NCBI GenBank assembly: GCA_050951545.1
Contig: JBMNJG010000011.1
Coordinates: forward strand, 320,001-384,000
Direction: 5' to 3'
DNA: 64,000 nt
Source of the DNA: Limnochordia bacterium
Lineage (GTDB): Bacteria; Bacillota; Limnochordia; DTU080
In this document: piece by piece, positions 44,048 to 54,872 of the stretch
Numbering within the stretch: the stretch's first letter is position 1
How the letters are laid out: each line of letters begins with the position of its first letter
Position numbers and translations under genes: made by a program
Notes under the pieces: model-generated
Database searches by the model: none
The model's input: the letters and a program-made list of their open reading frames with translations, nothing else
Told to the model about the DNA's origin: nothing

Positions 44048-44887
44048 ATGGTTATGAGTGATGTTCCCGAAAGGGGACACGGCGCATCTGGGCGTGTGAT
44101 TGTCATCACTAGCGGTAAGGGCGGGGTCGGCAAGACTACTGCTACCGCGAACATTGGTACTGGTCTCGCTCGTGCTGGCAAACGGGTGTGTATGTTGGAT
44201 GCCGATGTGGGCCTGCGCAACCTGGATGTGATCATTGGGTTAGAGAACAGAATCGTCTATGACGTCGTGGAGGTCATAGAGGGTACATGCAAGCTGCGCA
44301 GCGCGTTGATCAAGGATAAGCGAATTGAAAACCTGTATCTTCTGCCTGCTGCACAGACTCGCGACAAAGATGCGATAGATCCTGAGCAGTTCAGAGAGGT
44401 CTGTCTGCAGTTGGCCAAGGATTTCGACTTTGTGGTCGTGGACTCTCCGGCAGGGATTGAGCAGGGCTTTCGCAATGCCATAGCTGGTGCAGACGAGGCG
44501 ATCGTGGTCACCACTCCAGAGGTCTCTGCTGTGCGCGACGCGGATCGTATCACAGGCATGTTAGAGGCGCATGAGCTTTACGGTCCCAGGCTGATCATCA
44601 ACCGTGTACGACCGGAGATGGTACGGCGGGGAGATATGATGGACATGAAGGATGTCATTGAGATTCTAGCTATCGAGTTGCTCGGTGTCATTCCGGATGA
44701 TCCTTCCATTATCGTGGCGGCTAACAAAGGCGAACCCGTGGTTCTCGACCATCGGTCGCGAGCTGGCATGGCTTACGACAATATTGTGCGGCGGATTCTG
44801 GGTGAGGACGTACCGCTGATGAACTTGCAGCAAGAGGGTCTCTTGGAGCGGCTGCGCCGTTGGATTCCAAACAGAAAGGCAAACTAG
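44048..44887 (+). CDS. minD: Septum site-determining protein MinD
   Basis: TSGKGGVGKTT, GLRNLD, DSPAGIEQGF, C-terminal amphipathic helix. Confidence 0.97.
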   Translation: MVMSDVPERGHGASGRVIVITSGKGGVGKTTATANIGTGLARAGKRVCMLDADVGLRNLDVIIGLENRIVYDVVEVIEGTCKLRSALIKDKRIENLYLLPAAQTRDKDAIDPEQFREVCLQLAKDFDFVVVDSPAGIEQGFRNAIAGADEAIVVTTPEVSAVRDADRITGMLEAHELYGPRLIINRVRPEMVRRGDMMDMKDVIEILAIELLGVIPDDPSIIVAANKGEPVVLDHRSRAGMAYDNIVRRILGEDVPLMNLQQEGLLERLRRWIPNRKAN

Positions 44888-44916
44888 CGCAGTCGGACGC
44901 AGACGGAGGGAGCAAA

Positions 44917-45198
44917 ATGCTGGATTTCCTTGCAAGACTGTTTGGCAGGGACGAGCCGAGTGGTAAACAAGCCAAGGAGCGGCTGCGTCTGGTGCTTGTT
45001 CATGATCGCGCCAGCATCTCGCCTCACCTGTTGGACATGCTGCGAGTCGATCTTATTGAGGTGCTCTCGAAGTATGTCGAGATTGATGAGAGCGCGCTTG
45101 AGGTTAGCTTGGAGAAAGAAAGCGACGCGATGGCTTTAGTGGCCAACATTCCGATTCGGCGTCTGAAGTCGTCACCTGCCGCGCGGCCTGCCCACTGA
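44917..45198 (+). CDS. minE: Topological specificity factor MinE
   Basis: AKERLRLVLVHDR, LVANIPI. Confidence 0.95.
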   Translation: MLDFLARLFGRDEPSGKQAKERLRLVLVHDRASISPHLLDMLRVDLIEVLSKYVEIDESALEVSLEKESDAMALVANIPIRRLKSSPAARPAH

Positions 45199-45279
45199 GG
45201 TGACAGCCGCAGATAGAGAAGATGGGCCCGTGAGTTCAGGCGGCCCACTTGATCATTGCTGGTCCAGCAATGGCTTGCA

Positions 45280-45308
45280 TCATACCACTCGACTTCCCTC
45301 CATATAGT
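45280..45308 (+). promoter_or_regulatory. sigmaE-type (mother cell) promoter of the spoIVF locus
   Basis: TCATACC-14 nt-CATATAGT fits the sigmaE consensus; spoIVF is sigmaE-controlled in B. subtilis. Confidence 0.65.
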
Positions 45309-45319
45309 CTAGCAGTGAG

Positions 45320-45586
45320 GTGCTTAGCTGTGGGAGGGAGGTTTGGTCATTGCGAGCCGTAAGGAAAAATGTGGTCATGGCCCTGTTGCTGCTCATGATC
45401 ACGGTTGCCCTTAGCGCTATCCGTGTTCCGTCTGCGGTGGCCGTATACGACAATGTCAAGTTTGCCCTGAAGCACGATTTCGGACTGCCAGCTCCTCTGG
45501 GGGTGAAGAGCGGAGCTTTAGGGATCTTGTCTCAGCAGATACGCCATTGGAACGAGCGGCTACCACGCGTCGTCCCCAGACCATAG
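45320..45586 (+). CDS. Small membrane protein in the spoIVFA position
   Basis: One hydrophobic helix; immediately upstream of spoIVFB; no M23-like domain. Confidence 0.5.
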   Translation: MLSCGREVWSLRAVRKNVVMALLLLMITVALSAIRVPSAVAVYDNVKFALKHDFGLPAPLGVKSGALGILSQQIRHWNERLPRVVPRP

Positions 45587-45593
45587 GTCTGTC

Positions 45594-46490
45594 ATGTGCA
45601 CCGATCGGCTTCTGGGTGTGCGCATCACGTTAAACTGGGTCTTCTTGTTGCTGCTGTTCCTGCTCGCGCTGATTGGACTTCTCCCAGAGGCTCTGATCGT
45701 CTTTGGCATTGTCGTGGCGCATGAATGTGTTCATGTCATGGTGGCCAGAAGCTACGGACTCCGCGTCGTCGAGCTGGAGCTGTTGCCTTTCGGGGGCGTC
45801 GCCCGTATTGATGGTCTCGTCGAAGTCGATCCTTACGTGGAAAAGCGAGTGGCCATGGCTGGCCCCATCACTAATCTGCTCTTGCTGGGCCTGGGGCTCG
45901 TCGCCAAAGCCTATGCACTGTATCCGGAGCGGTGGTTGGATTTTTTCGTTCAGACAAATGCAGCGTTGGCTGTCTTCAACGCCTTGCCAGCTTTGCCTCT
46001 AGATGGGGGTCGTGTGTATCGGGCTCATCTCGTGCCTCGTCTTGGCTTCAGGAAGGCAACTGAGAGAGCGGCTCGGTTGGGAAAGTTGTTTGCTCTTGTT
46101 CTTGGCATCACAGGCCTGGCGGGAATTTACTTCGGTTACGTTAATGTCACCCTGCCAGTACTGGCTTTCTTTCTGTTCACGGCAGCTGCACGGGAGCAGA
46201 GGAGAGCGATGTTCGTCTTGCTAAGGTATCTAGCCCGCAAGCAGGATGAGCTCCTGAGAAGTGGCTGTCTTGCTTCTGAGCAGTTGGTGGCTGCGTCTCA
46301 TACGAAGGTGGCGGATGTTGTGAAGCTTTTTGTCCCCCAACGCTACCATCTCATCTGGGTCGTTGACGAGCAGGGGCGCATAGAGGGTCTCGTCACTGAG
46401 CTGGACATTATCAACACGCTATTTGAGCAGGGATCAGATACACCTGTTCGGCTTGTGCTCGACGCCCTCAGCAAGGGGATGCAGCTGTGA
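45594..46490 (+). CDS. spoIVFB: Site-2 (M50) protease, SpoIVFB
   Basis: HECVH, LLPFGG, AGP..N, FNALPALPLDGG, CBS-like C-terminus; position before rng. Confidence 0.85.
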   Translation: MCTDRLLGVRITLNWVFLLLLFLLALIGLLPEALIVFGIVVAHECVHVMVARSYGLRVVELELLPFGGVARIDGLVEVDPYVEKRVAMAGPITNLLLLGLGLVAKAYALYPERWLDFFVQTNAALAVFNALPALPLDGGRVYRAHLVPRLGFRKATERAARLGKLFALVLGITGLAGIYFGYVNVTLPVLAFFLFTAAAREQRRAMFVLLRYLARKQDELLRSGCLASEQLVAASHTKVADVVKLFVPQRYHLIWVVDEQGRIEGLVTELDIINTLFEQGSDTPVRLVLDALSKGMQL

Positions 46491-46525
46491 TACGGGGTCA
46501 GCAGTGGGAAGCGACACCTGATGCG

Positions 46526-46554
46526 TTGACACCTCCACGACCCTGTGGTAAATT
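46526..46554 (+). promoter_or_regulatory. sigmaA promoter upstream of rng
   Basis: TTGACA-17 nt-TAAATT with TG extension. Confidence 0.7.
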
Positions 46555-46749
46555 AAGTCTATACAAGTGTTCTGCTTTTCTGTGTTTTCTCCATACAGTC
46601 ATCATGGCGAAGGCGGTCGAGGAGGCTCCTGCGTATGCGGCTGGCGGAGCCTTAGGATCTTCTTCGCTTCTTTTTATGCCTCAAGGGCGTTGATGAGGTG
46701 CACAGATAGGGAAGCCTAGGGGGCGCAAGAGATTGGGAGTGACCATTTT

Positions 46750-48459
46750 ATGAGGAAGGAGATCGTTGTCAATGTCAGTTTGGGTGAAACACGTGCTGCT
46801 GTGCTGGAGGATGAGCGTCTCGTAGAGCTCTATGTAGAGCGTGACAGCTCCGAGCGCATTGTCGGCAACATCTATAAGGGAAGAGTGGAGAATGTTCTGC
46901 CCGGCATGCAGGCAGCGTTTGTGGACATTGGCTTGGAGCGCAATGCATTCTTGTATGTCGATGACGCTACCGCCTATCGCAATGTCGAGCGTGATATTGA
47001 TGAGCCTTTGGAGAAGCCTCGCTTTCGCACAATCAAGGATCTGCTAAGGCCCGGTCAACAGGTAATGGTGCAGGTCACCAAAGAGCCCATGGGCACCAAA
47101 GGCGCTAGGGTCGTGACCCATGCGAGCATTCCGGGCCGCTATCTGGTTTTTATGCCTACGGTGGACTACATTGGCATCTCGCGACGCATTGTCGACGAAC
47201 AGGAGCGTGCTCGCCTCAAAGCCCTGGCAAAGAAAGTTCGCCCGAAGGATATGGGTCTGATTGTGCGAACCGTCGCCGAAGGAAAAGACGAGCAGGAGCT
47301 GGCTGACGACTGTCGCTTTTTGGAGGGTGTCTGGTCTACGGTACAGCAGAAGGCCAAGAAGGTCTCATCACCAGCGCTGCTATACAAAGACTACGACCTT
47401 ATTCACCGCTTGGTACGGGACCTGTTTGGCTCCGACGTCGACAAGTTCGTGATTGACGACAAGGCAGAGTATCTCAGAACCCTCGAGTTGCTGGCCACGA
47501 TCTCGCCTCACTTGAAGTCGCGGGTGTTCCTGTACCATGGTAGCATGCCTCTGTTTGAGTCCTATGGCGCAGAATCCCAGATTGAGCCTGCGCTGCAGCG
47601 TAAGGTATGGCTGGAGTCTGGAGGTTACCTAGTCATCGATGGGACAGAGGCCCTGACGAGCATCGATGTGAATACGGGCCGGTATGTGGGTACGACGAAC
47701 TTGGCCGATACCGTGTTACGCACTAATCTGGAGGCGGCCAGTGAGATAGCCCGTCAGTTGCGGCTGCGTGACATCGGTGGGATCATCATCCTGGATTTCA
47801 TCGACATGGACACCAAAGAAGACGAACGCCGTGTTCTTGAGCGCCTTGAAGCGGAGATACGGCGTGACAAGACGAAGACGCATGTCTTGGGCTTTACCAA
47901 CCTGGGCCTTGTGGAAATGACACGCAAGAAAGTCAGACAGGACATTGGGGACTTCTTGCATCGCGATTGCCCGTACTGCGAAGGTACCGGGCGCGTGCTC
48001 TCAGAGTCCACCGTGGCTCTGCGGGCTCAGCGAGAGATTCTGCGTGTATGTCGTACCAACTCTGCTGAGGCCTTCTTGATTGAGGTCCACCCTTCTGTTG
48101 CTGGGTTACTGATTGGGGCTGGTGGGGCGAATCTGCGTCAGTTAGAGGAGACATCTGGGAAAACACTCTACGTGCGGGGACGTCAAGAGCTGCACCTCGA
48201 GGAGATTCTCTTTGCTGCGATGGGCAGCAGAGAGGATGTAGGCGCCTTGGCCCTTCCAGTTAGGAAGGGGCAGGTTCTGGAAGTGACTGTGGACGAACCT
48301 CACGTAAGCAACCCACGTGACGGCATTGGCCGCCTGGAGGGGTACGTGATCGACATAGATGGTGCCGGGAATCAGGTCGGACAGCGCTTGAAGGTCGAAG
48401 TGACGAAGGTCTATCGCACATACGCGAAAGGGCGGGTGGTGGCCGGACAGTCGCTCTAG
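46750..48459 (+). CDS. rng: RNase E/G family ribonuclease with C-terminal TRAM-like domain
   Basis: GNIYKGRV..VLPGMQAAFVDIG, IDVNTG, QLRLRDIGGIIILDFIDM, CPYC. Confidence 0.95.
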   Translation: MRKEIVVNVSLGETRAAVLEDERLVELYVERDSSERIVGNIYKGRVENVLPGMQAAFVDIGLERNAFLYVDDATAYRNVERDIDEPLEKPRFRTIKDLLRPGQQVMVQVTKEPMGTKGARVVTHASIPGRYLVFMPTVDYIGISRRIVDEQERARLKALAKKVRPKDMGLIVRTVAEGKDEQELADDCRFLEGVWSTVQQKAKKVSSPALLYKDYDLIHRLVRDLFGSDVDKFVIDDKAEYLRTLELLATISPHLKSRVFLYHGSMPLFESYGAESQIEPALQRKVWLESGGYLVIDGTEALTSIDVNTGRYVGTTNLADTVLRTNLEAASEIARQLRLRDIGGIIILDFIDMDTKEDERRVLERLEAEIRRDKTKTHVLGFTNLGLVEMTRKKVRQDIGDFLHRDCPYCEGTGRVLSESTVALRAQREILRVCRTNSAEAFLIEVHPSVAGLLIGAGGANLRQLEETSGKTLYVRGRQELHLEEILFAAMGSREDVGALALPVRKGQVLEVTVDEPHVSNPRDGIGRLEGYVIDIDGAGNQVGQRLKVEVTKVYRTYAKGRVVAGQSL

Positions 48460-48467
48460 GTATGTGT

Positions 48468-48496
48468 TTGACAGGCTCTATGGCCCGTGTTATTAT
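48468..48496 (+). promoter_or_regulatory. sigmaA promoter of rplU-rpmA
   Basis: TTGACA-17 nt-TATTAT with TG extension. Confidence 0.8.
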
Positions 48497-48502
48497 CCTA
48501 GA

Positions 48503-48600
48503 CGTAAGTGCCAGGCGGGTAAGGTGTCTGGCGCCGAAGCCGCACGGGAACGGTTCAGTAAAAGGCTACGTGCCTGCCCTTTCCGGCGAGCCTAAGCGGG
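48503..48600 (+). promoter_or_regulatory. Probable L21 leader (structured 5' UTR)
   Basis: Hairpin GCCAGGCG/TGTCTGGC, and GCAC...GGCGAG motif before the rplU RBS. Confidence 0.5.
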
Positions 48601-48610
48601 AGGTGCCGCA

Positions 48611-48922
48611 GTGTACGCGATTGTCGAAACTGGCGGTAAGCAGCTAAAAGTGGCTGTCGGCGACATCGTAAATGTGGAGAAGTTGGACTGTGCGTCGGAT
48701 GAGGAGGTCACGTTAGATCGTGTGCTTCTTGTATCCGATGATGGCCATCTACAGACGGGCAAGCCGTATGTGGAGGGAGCCAAGGTTGTCGCCAAGGTGG
48801 TCGGTCAGATAAAGGGCCCCAAGATTGTTGGCTTCAAGTATAAATCTAAGAAGAACCAGAGAAAGCGCTGGGGCCACAGGCAGCCATACACACGTTTGCA
48901 TATTGAGCGCATTGAGGCGTAG
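48611..48922 (+). CDS. rplU: 50S ribosomal protein L21
   Basis: [17 protein letters not shown]. Confidence 0.98.
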   Translation: MYAIVETGGKQLKVAVGDIVNVEKLDCASDEEVTLDRVLLVSDDGHLQTGKPYVEGAKVVAKVVGQIKGPKIVGFKYKSKKNQRKRWGHRQPYTRLHIERIEA

Positions 48923-48958
48923 CGGATAGAGCTATAGGCTCTGAGGGAGGCGAATAAC

Positions 48959-49225
48959 GTGGCGAAGAAGAAGGGTGTAGGCAGCTCTCGCAACGGTCGC
49001 GATAGCAATGCCAAAATGCTAGGAGTTAAGGCACCTGATGGTAAGCTCGTCAGTGCCGGCAGCATCTTGGTACGGCAGCGAGGGACAAGCATCAACCCGG
49101 GCATCAACGTAGGACTCGGAAAAGACGACACCTTGTTTGCCAAGACTGATGGTACGGTCTCTTTTGAACGAGTCGGCAAGAAGAGCAAAAGAGTCAGCGT
49201 CTACCCGCTGCAGGCCATCCGCTAG
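48959..49225 (+). CDS. rpmA: 50S ribosomal protein L27
   Basis: [31 protein letters not shown]. Confidence 0.98.
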   Translation: MAKKKGVGSSRNGRDSNAKMLGVKAPDGKLVSAGSILVRQRGTSINPGINVGLGKDDTLFAKTDGTVSFERVGKKSKRVSVYPLQAIR

Positions 49226-49251
49226 CTTTCATGACTCCTAAGAGGTGTATC

Positions 49252-50661
<1,410 letters not shown>

Positions 50662-50730
50662 GCTATGGCGGTTGCAGGGAACTTGGGGAGCCGCAACGAA
50701 TGACTAGCCAGGAATGGGGCGGCGCAGACT

Positions 50731-51021
50731 GTGCTAACCGGCAAACAGAGGGCCTTTCTACGAGGCCTAGGTAATCAAGCTCCTGTAGTGCTACAGGTAG
50801 GCAAGGGGAGTCTGAGCGACACTCTCGTCAAACAGGCGGAGGACGCGATAGAGGCGCGTGAACTGATCAAAGTCCGTGTCCTAAAGACATGCCCAGAGAC
50901 GCCTGAAGAGATCGCCAATCAAGTGGCTGAGGCTCTTGGAGCAGAACTGGTACAGTCAGTTGGGCACAACTTTCTTCTTTATCGACGCTCATGCGAGCCG
51001 AGCATCGAGTTACCGTCTTAG
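50731..51021 (+). CDS. yhbY: RNA-binding protein YhbY (CRM domain)
   Basis: LTGKQRAFLR, QVGK, RELIKVRVL, LLYR. Confidence 0.95.
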   Translation: MLTGKQRAFLRGLGNQAPVVLQVGKGSLSDTLVKQAEDAIEARELIKVRVLKTCPETPEEIANQVAEALGAELVQSVGHNFLLYRRSCEPSIELPS

Positions 51022-51138
51022 CGTTTGCGCAAGAGGGCATCTGCACGGCTCGATGTCTCGCGCGGCAAGGGGAAGAGCGCGCTCATTATGTAGACGCGGG
51101 CAGCGTAGAACGGAGTTTGGGGAGGGAGTTTATGTCTC

Positions 51139-52332
51139 ATGGCGACGCATAGCGACTGCCTCCGTGATGCCAAGCGGATTGTAGTGAAACTTGGAACAAG
51201 CACCATTGCTCACCCAAACGGCGAGCTGGATATGCACCGCCTGGAGAAACTCGTGGGCCAGATGGCTGAGGCCGCTAGGGATGGCCGGGAGGTTATTGTA
51301 GTCACTTCTGGAGCTATTGGGGTAGGCATGAGCCGACTCGGTTTGCTGGAACGTCCTAAGACGATTCCAGAGAAACAGGCTGTGGCAGCTGTTGGCCAGG
51401 GATTGCTGATGGAAAGCTACGAAAGGCTGTTTCGTGAGTATGCTCAGGTTGTGGCGCAAGTCCTTCTCACCCGGGAGGACGTAACGGAGCGGGTGCGCCA
51501 TCTCAACGCCCGTCATACTCTGACACAGCTTCTCAGTTTCGGTGTTATCCCTATCGTCAATGAAAACGATACGGTCGCGGTCGATGAGATCAAGTTTGGT
51601 GAGAATGATACTCTCTCCAGCCTTGTCGCTGCCTTAGTCGGGGCGGATTTGCTGATACTGCTCTCTGATGTCGATGGTTTACATTCCGCCGATCCTCATC
51701 GGGTACCCGATGCACGGCGCATTCCGGTAATAGCCGAGATCACTCCCGAAATCCAGGAATTGGGGGGAGGCCCAGGCTCCCCGCTAGGTAGTGGCGGTAT
51801 GGCCACCAAGATCCAGGCGGCGCGCATAGCCACCCTTTCGGGCGTGGCGATGGTCGTAGCCAATGGTGCCCACGAGGATGTTATTCGTCGCATTTTGGAT
51901 GGTGGCGACGTTGGTACGCTTTTTCTTCCATCGAGTCAAAGCCTGGGTAGTAGGAAGCGATGGATCGCTTTCTACCAACAGGCTCAGGGCGATCTCATCA
52001 TCGATGCTGGGGCAGCGAAGGCTCTAATAGAAGACGGTAAGAGTCTCTTGCCAATCGGGATTGTGGGCATCAGAGGCTTCTTTGAAGAGGGCGATTTGGT
52101 CAGGATGGTTGACTCTGAGGGTAGAGAGGTGGCTCGAGGCCTGACAAACTACGCTTCGGGCGATGTGGAGCGTGTCAAAGGTCTGCCAACCAGCCGCATA
52201 GCCACGATCTTGGGTGAGAAGTATTACGATGAAGTAGTCCATCGTGATAACCTGGTTATCTCGGGAGGGAAACGGATTCCTCCTGGGTCGAATGGGGACC
52301 AGTGGTCCCTGTGTTCCGGAGGTGCCTGTTGA
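51139..52332 (+). CDS. proB: Glutamate 5-kinase
   Basis: VVKLGTS, PIVNEND, GSGGMATK, PUA domain, VHRDNL. Confidence 0.97.
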   Translation: MATHSDCLRDAKRIVVKLGTSTIAHPNGELDMHRLEKLVGQMAEAARDGREVIVVTSGAIGVGMSRLGLLERPKTIPEKQAVAAVGQGLLMESYERLFREYAQVVAQVLLTREDVTERVRHLNARHTLTQLLSFGVIPIVNENDTVAVDEIKFGENDTLSSLVAALVGADLLILLSDVDGLHSADPHRVPDARRIPVIAEITPEIQELGGGPGSPLGSGGMATKIQAARIATLSGVAMVVANGAHEDVIRRILDGGDVGTLFLPSSQSLGSRKRWIAFYQQAQGDLIIDAGAAKALIEDGKSLLPIGIVGIRGFFEEGDLVRMVDSEGREVARGLTNYASGDVERVKGLPTSRIATILGEKYYDEVVHRDNLVISGGKRIPPGSNGDQWSLCSGGAC

Positions 52333-52345
52333 GGAGAGGTGAGCA

Positions 52346-53617
52346 TTGGTGGCTCTTGACGATCAATCACTAGGCGAGGTGCGAGCGAAGGCTGAACTGG
52401 CTAAGAAAGCAAGCAGAGCGGTCGCTCGCCTCTCAGCCAAGAAGCGAAATGATATTCTGATGGCTCAAGCGGATGCTCTGCTGACCGCGCAGGAGCAGAT
52501 CTTGGCGGCCAATGCCCGCGACGTTGCCCGGGCTAAGGAAAAAGGGGCTACGGCAGCCTTTATCGACCGCCTCACGCTCTCGGAGCAGCGCGTACATGAT
52601 ATGGCTGCAGGTCTTGCTCAGGTGGCCGACCTTCCTGATCCCCTGGGGGTAGCCTTGCGCAAGTGGAGGCTGCCGAATGGCCTTGATATTGCTCAGGTGC
52701 GTGTGCCGCTGGGCGTCGTCGCGGTGATCTACGAAGGTCGCCCTAATGTGACAGTTGATGTCGCTGGCCTGTGCATCAAGTCAGGTAACGCTACGGTGCT
52801 CAGAGGCAGTTCGGATGCGATTGAATCGAATAAGGCCCTGGTTGAGGCTCTGACTCATGCTGGAGAGGCCGCTGGGAGTCCACGTGGTGCCATTCAGCTT
52901 ATCCACTCAGTGTCTCGCGAATCGGCACGTGAGCTGATGCGGATGACGGGTCTAGTCGATGTGCTTATACCGCGAGGGGGTGCTGGGCTTATTCGGGCTG
53001 CGGTAGAACACGCGACCGTGCCCGTGATCGAGACCGGAATCGGCAACTGCCATGTCTATGTTGACGCTACTGCGGATCTCGCCCAAGCTACGGAGATAGC
53101 CCTCAATGCGAAACTACAGCGCCCTGGGGTATGCAATGCCATGGAGACTCTGCTAGTACATGCTGCCGCAGCGGAGAAGCTTCTACCTTCACTATGTGCA
53201 GCCATGCGGGACGCAGGGGTGGAGTTGAGGGGCTGTGCCACGACACGAGCCCTGGTAGACGGTGCCATTGAGGCGACGGAAGAGGACTGGGCGAGCGAGT
53301 ACTTGGATCTCATTCTGGCTGTGCGCGTGGTGGATAGTCTGGATGAGGCCATTGATCACATTGAGCGGTATGGTTCGCACCATTCCGATGCGATCGTCAC
53401 TCAGAACTACAACTCAGCGCGCCGTTTCGCTGATGAGGTGGATTCGGCAGCTGTTTACGTGAATGCCTCTACGCGCTTTACGGATGGTTTTGAGTGGGGA
53501 TTTGGAGCTGAAATTGGCATAAGCACGCAGAAACTGCATGCTCGGGGGCCCATGGGCTTGCCCGAACTGACCACAGGAAAGTACGTTGTGCTTGGCGACG
53601 GACAGGTCAGAGGGTAG
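52346..53617 (+). CDS. proA: Gamma-glutamyl phosphate reductase
   Basis: IYEGRPNVT, IPRGG, VCNAMET, NASTRFTDG, STQKLHARGPMGL. Confidence 0.97.
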   Translation: MVALDDQSLGEVRAKAELAKKASRAVARLSAKKRNDILMAQADALLTAQEQILAANARDVARAKEKGATAAFIDRLTLSEQRVHDMAAGLAQVADLPDPLGVALRKWRLPNGLDIAQVRVPLGVVAVIYEGRPNVTVDVAGLCIKSGNATVLRGSSDAIESNKALVEALTHAGEAAGSPRGAIQLIHSVSRESARELMRMTGLVDVLIPRGGAGLIRAAVEHATVPVIETGIGNCHVYVDATADLAQATEIALNAKLQRPGVCNAMETLLVHAAAAEKLLPSLCAAMRDAGVELRGCATTRALVDGAIEATEEDWASEYLDLILAVRVVDSLDEAIDHIERYGSHHSDAIVTQNYNSARRFADEVDSAAVYVNASTRFTDGFEWGFGAEIGISTQKLHARGPMGLPELTTGKYVVLGDGQVRG

Positions 53618-53633
53618 AGTCCGGGGGTCGGGG

Positions 53634-54275
53634 ATGTTGAACTGTATGGACAGGCAGCGGGTCGGCGTTCTGGGGGGTACGTTTGACCCTATTCACTATG
53701 GTCACCTCGCAGCAGCGGAAGAGGCGCGCGAAGTCTTGGAGTTGGCAAAGGTCATCTTTGTACCAAGTGGGCAGCCCCCTCACAAACGCTCTCACGAAAT
53801 GGCGGGCGGTGAGCACCGCTGGAAAATGACGGTACTGGCTACCGAGGATAACCCGGCTTTTGCGGTCTCCAGGGTTGAGCTCGATCGTCCGGGTACCAGC
53901 TATACGGTGGATACGCTGCGCCTCCTTCAGGAACAGATGCCAGATAGTGAGTTGTATTTCGTCACAGGAGCTGATATGTTTCTGGATCTCCCCGCATGGA
54001 AAGAACCCGAGGAGATCCTGCGGTCATACCATTTTGTGGCGGTCACTCGCCCCGGCTGGAATCTGGAGCGCCTGGACGGTCGTCTGAGCCTTTTGGTTGA
54101 GCGCTATCGCTCGCAAGTGCACGTACTGAGGGTTCCGGGTGTTGCCGTCTCGTCCACTGAGATCCGGCAGCGCCTGCAAGTTGGGCGCTCGGTACGGTAC
54201 TTGGTGGCGGACCGTGTTGTGCAGTATATCCAACAGGAGGGGCTATACCGTGGCCGCGCCACCATAAGCGGGTGA
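53634..54275 (+). CDS. nadD: Nicotinate-nucleotide adenylyltransferase
   Basis: GGTFDPIHYGH, PPHK, SYTVDT, SSTEIR. Confidence 0.96.
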   Translation: MLNCMDRQRVGVLGGTFDPIHYGHLAAAEEAREVLELAKVIFVPSGQPPHKRSHEMAGGEHRWKMTVLATEDNPAFAVSRVELDRPGTSYTVDTLRLLQEQMPDSELYFVTGADMFLDLPAWKEPEEILRSYHFVAVTRPGWNLERLDGRLSLLVERYRSQVHVLRVPGVAVSSTEIRQRLQVGRSVRYLVADRVVQYIQQEGLYRGRATISG

Positions 54276-54281
54276 CATGCT

Positions 54282-54872
54282 GTGCTTCATGACGAGATAT
54301 CCTTGCAACGCTGGGTGCAAGCCCGATTGTCTCCCGCACGGTACGCGCATACCGTGCGGGTAGCTGCAACTGCATGCGGGTTGGCGAGTGTCTTTGGAGC
54401 AGAACTGAGAAAGACGCAAGCCGCTGCGTGGCTGCATGATTGTGCCAGGGATATGCCCAAACAAGCCCAGTTGAGGCAGGCAGGGGCCTTTGGTATAGTT
54501 ATTGCTGATGTGGAACGTCACAACCCTGCGTTGTTGCATGCTCCGCTCGGAGCGGAGCTGGCTCGACGAGAGTGTGGTGTGCATTGTGAATCGGTCCTAG
54601 ATGCGATTCGCTACCATACCACGGGCCGAGCGGGCATGTCGCTCTTGGAGAAAGTGGTCTTTATCGCTGATTATATTGAGCCCGAGCGTAGGTTTCGTGG
54701 CGCAGACCGCGTACGGGAGGTCGCTTTGCTTGACCTAGATACTGCCGTGCTCTTGGCGCTAGACCAGACAATAGCTCATGTGTTGGAGCGAGCCCAGTTG
54801 CTGCACCCGAACACGCTTGAGGCTCGTAATGACCTTATTCTGCAGCGCATCAAGAGGGAAGGCCGTGAATGA
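54282..54872 (+). CDS. yqeK: HD-domain Ap4A hydrolase YqeK
   Basis: RYAH, LHD, LLHA, YHTTG, ADYIEP. Confidence 0.93.
   Translation: MLHDEISLQRWVQARLSPARYAHTVRVAATACGLASVFGAELRKTQAAAWLHDCARDMPKQAQLRQAGAFGIVIADVERHNPALLHAPLGAELARRECGVHCESVLDAIRYHTTGRAGMSLLEKVVFIADYIEPERRFRGADRVREVALLDLDTAVLLALDQTIAHVLERAQLLHPNTLEARNDLILQRIKREGRE

Noticed and set aside
51022-51138. Pro T-box upstream of proB
   Set aside because: The gap is only ~115 nt, with no GGTGGTACC-like motif or terminator.
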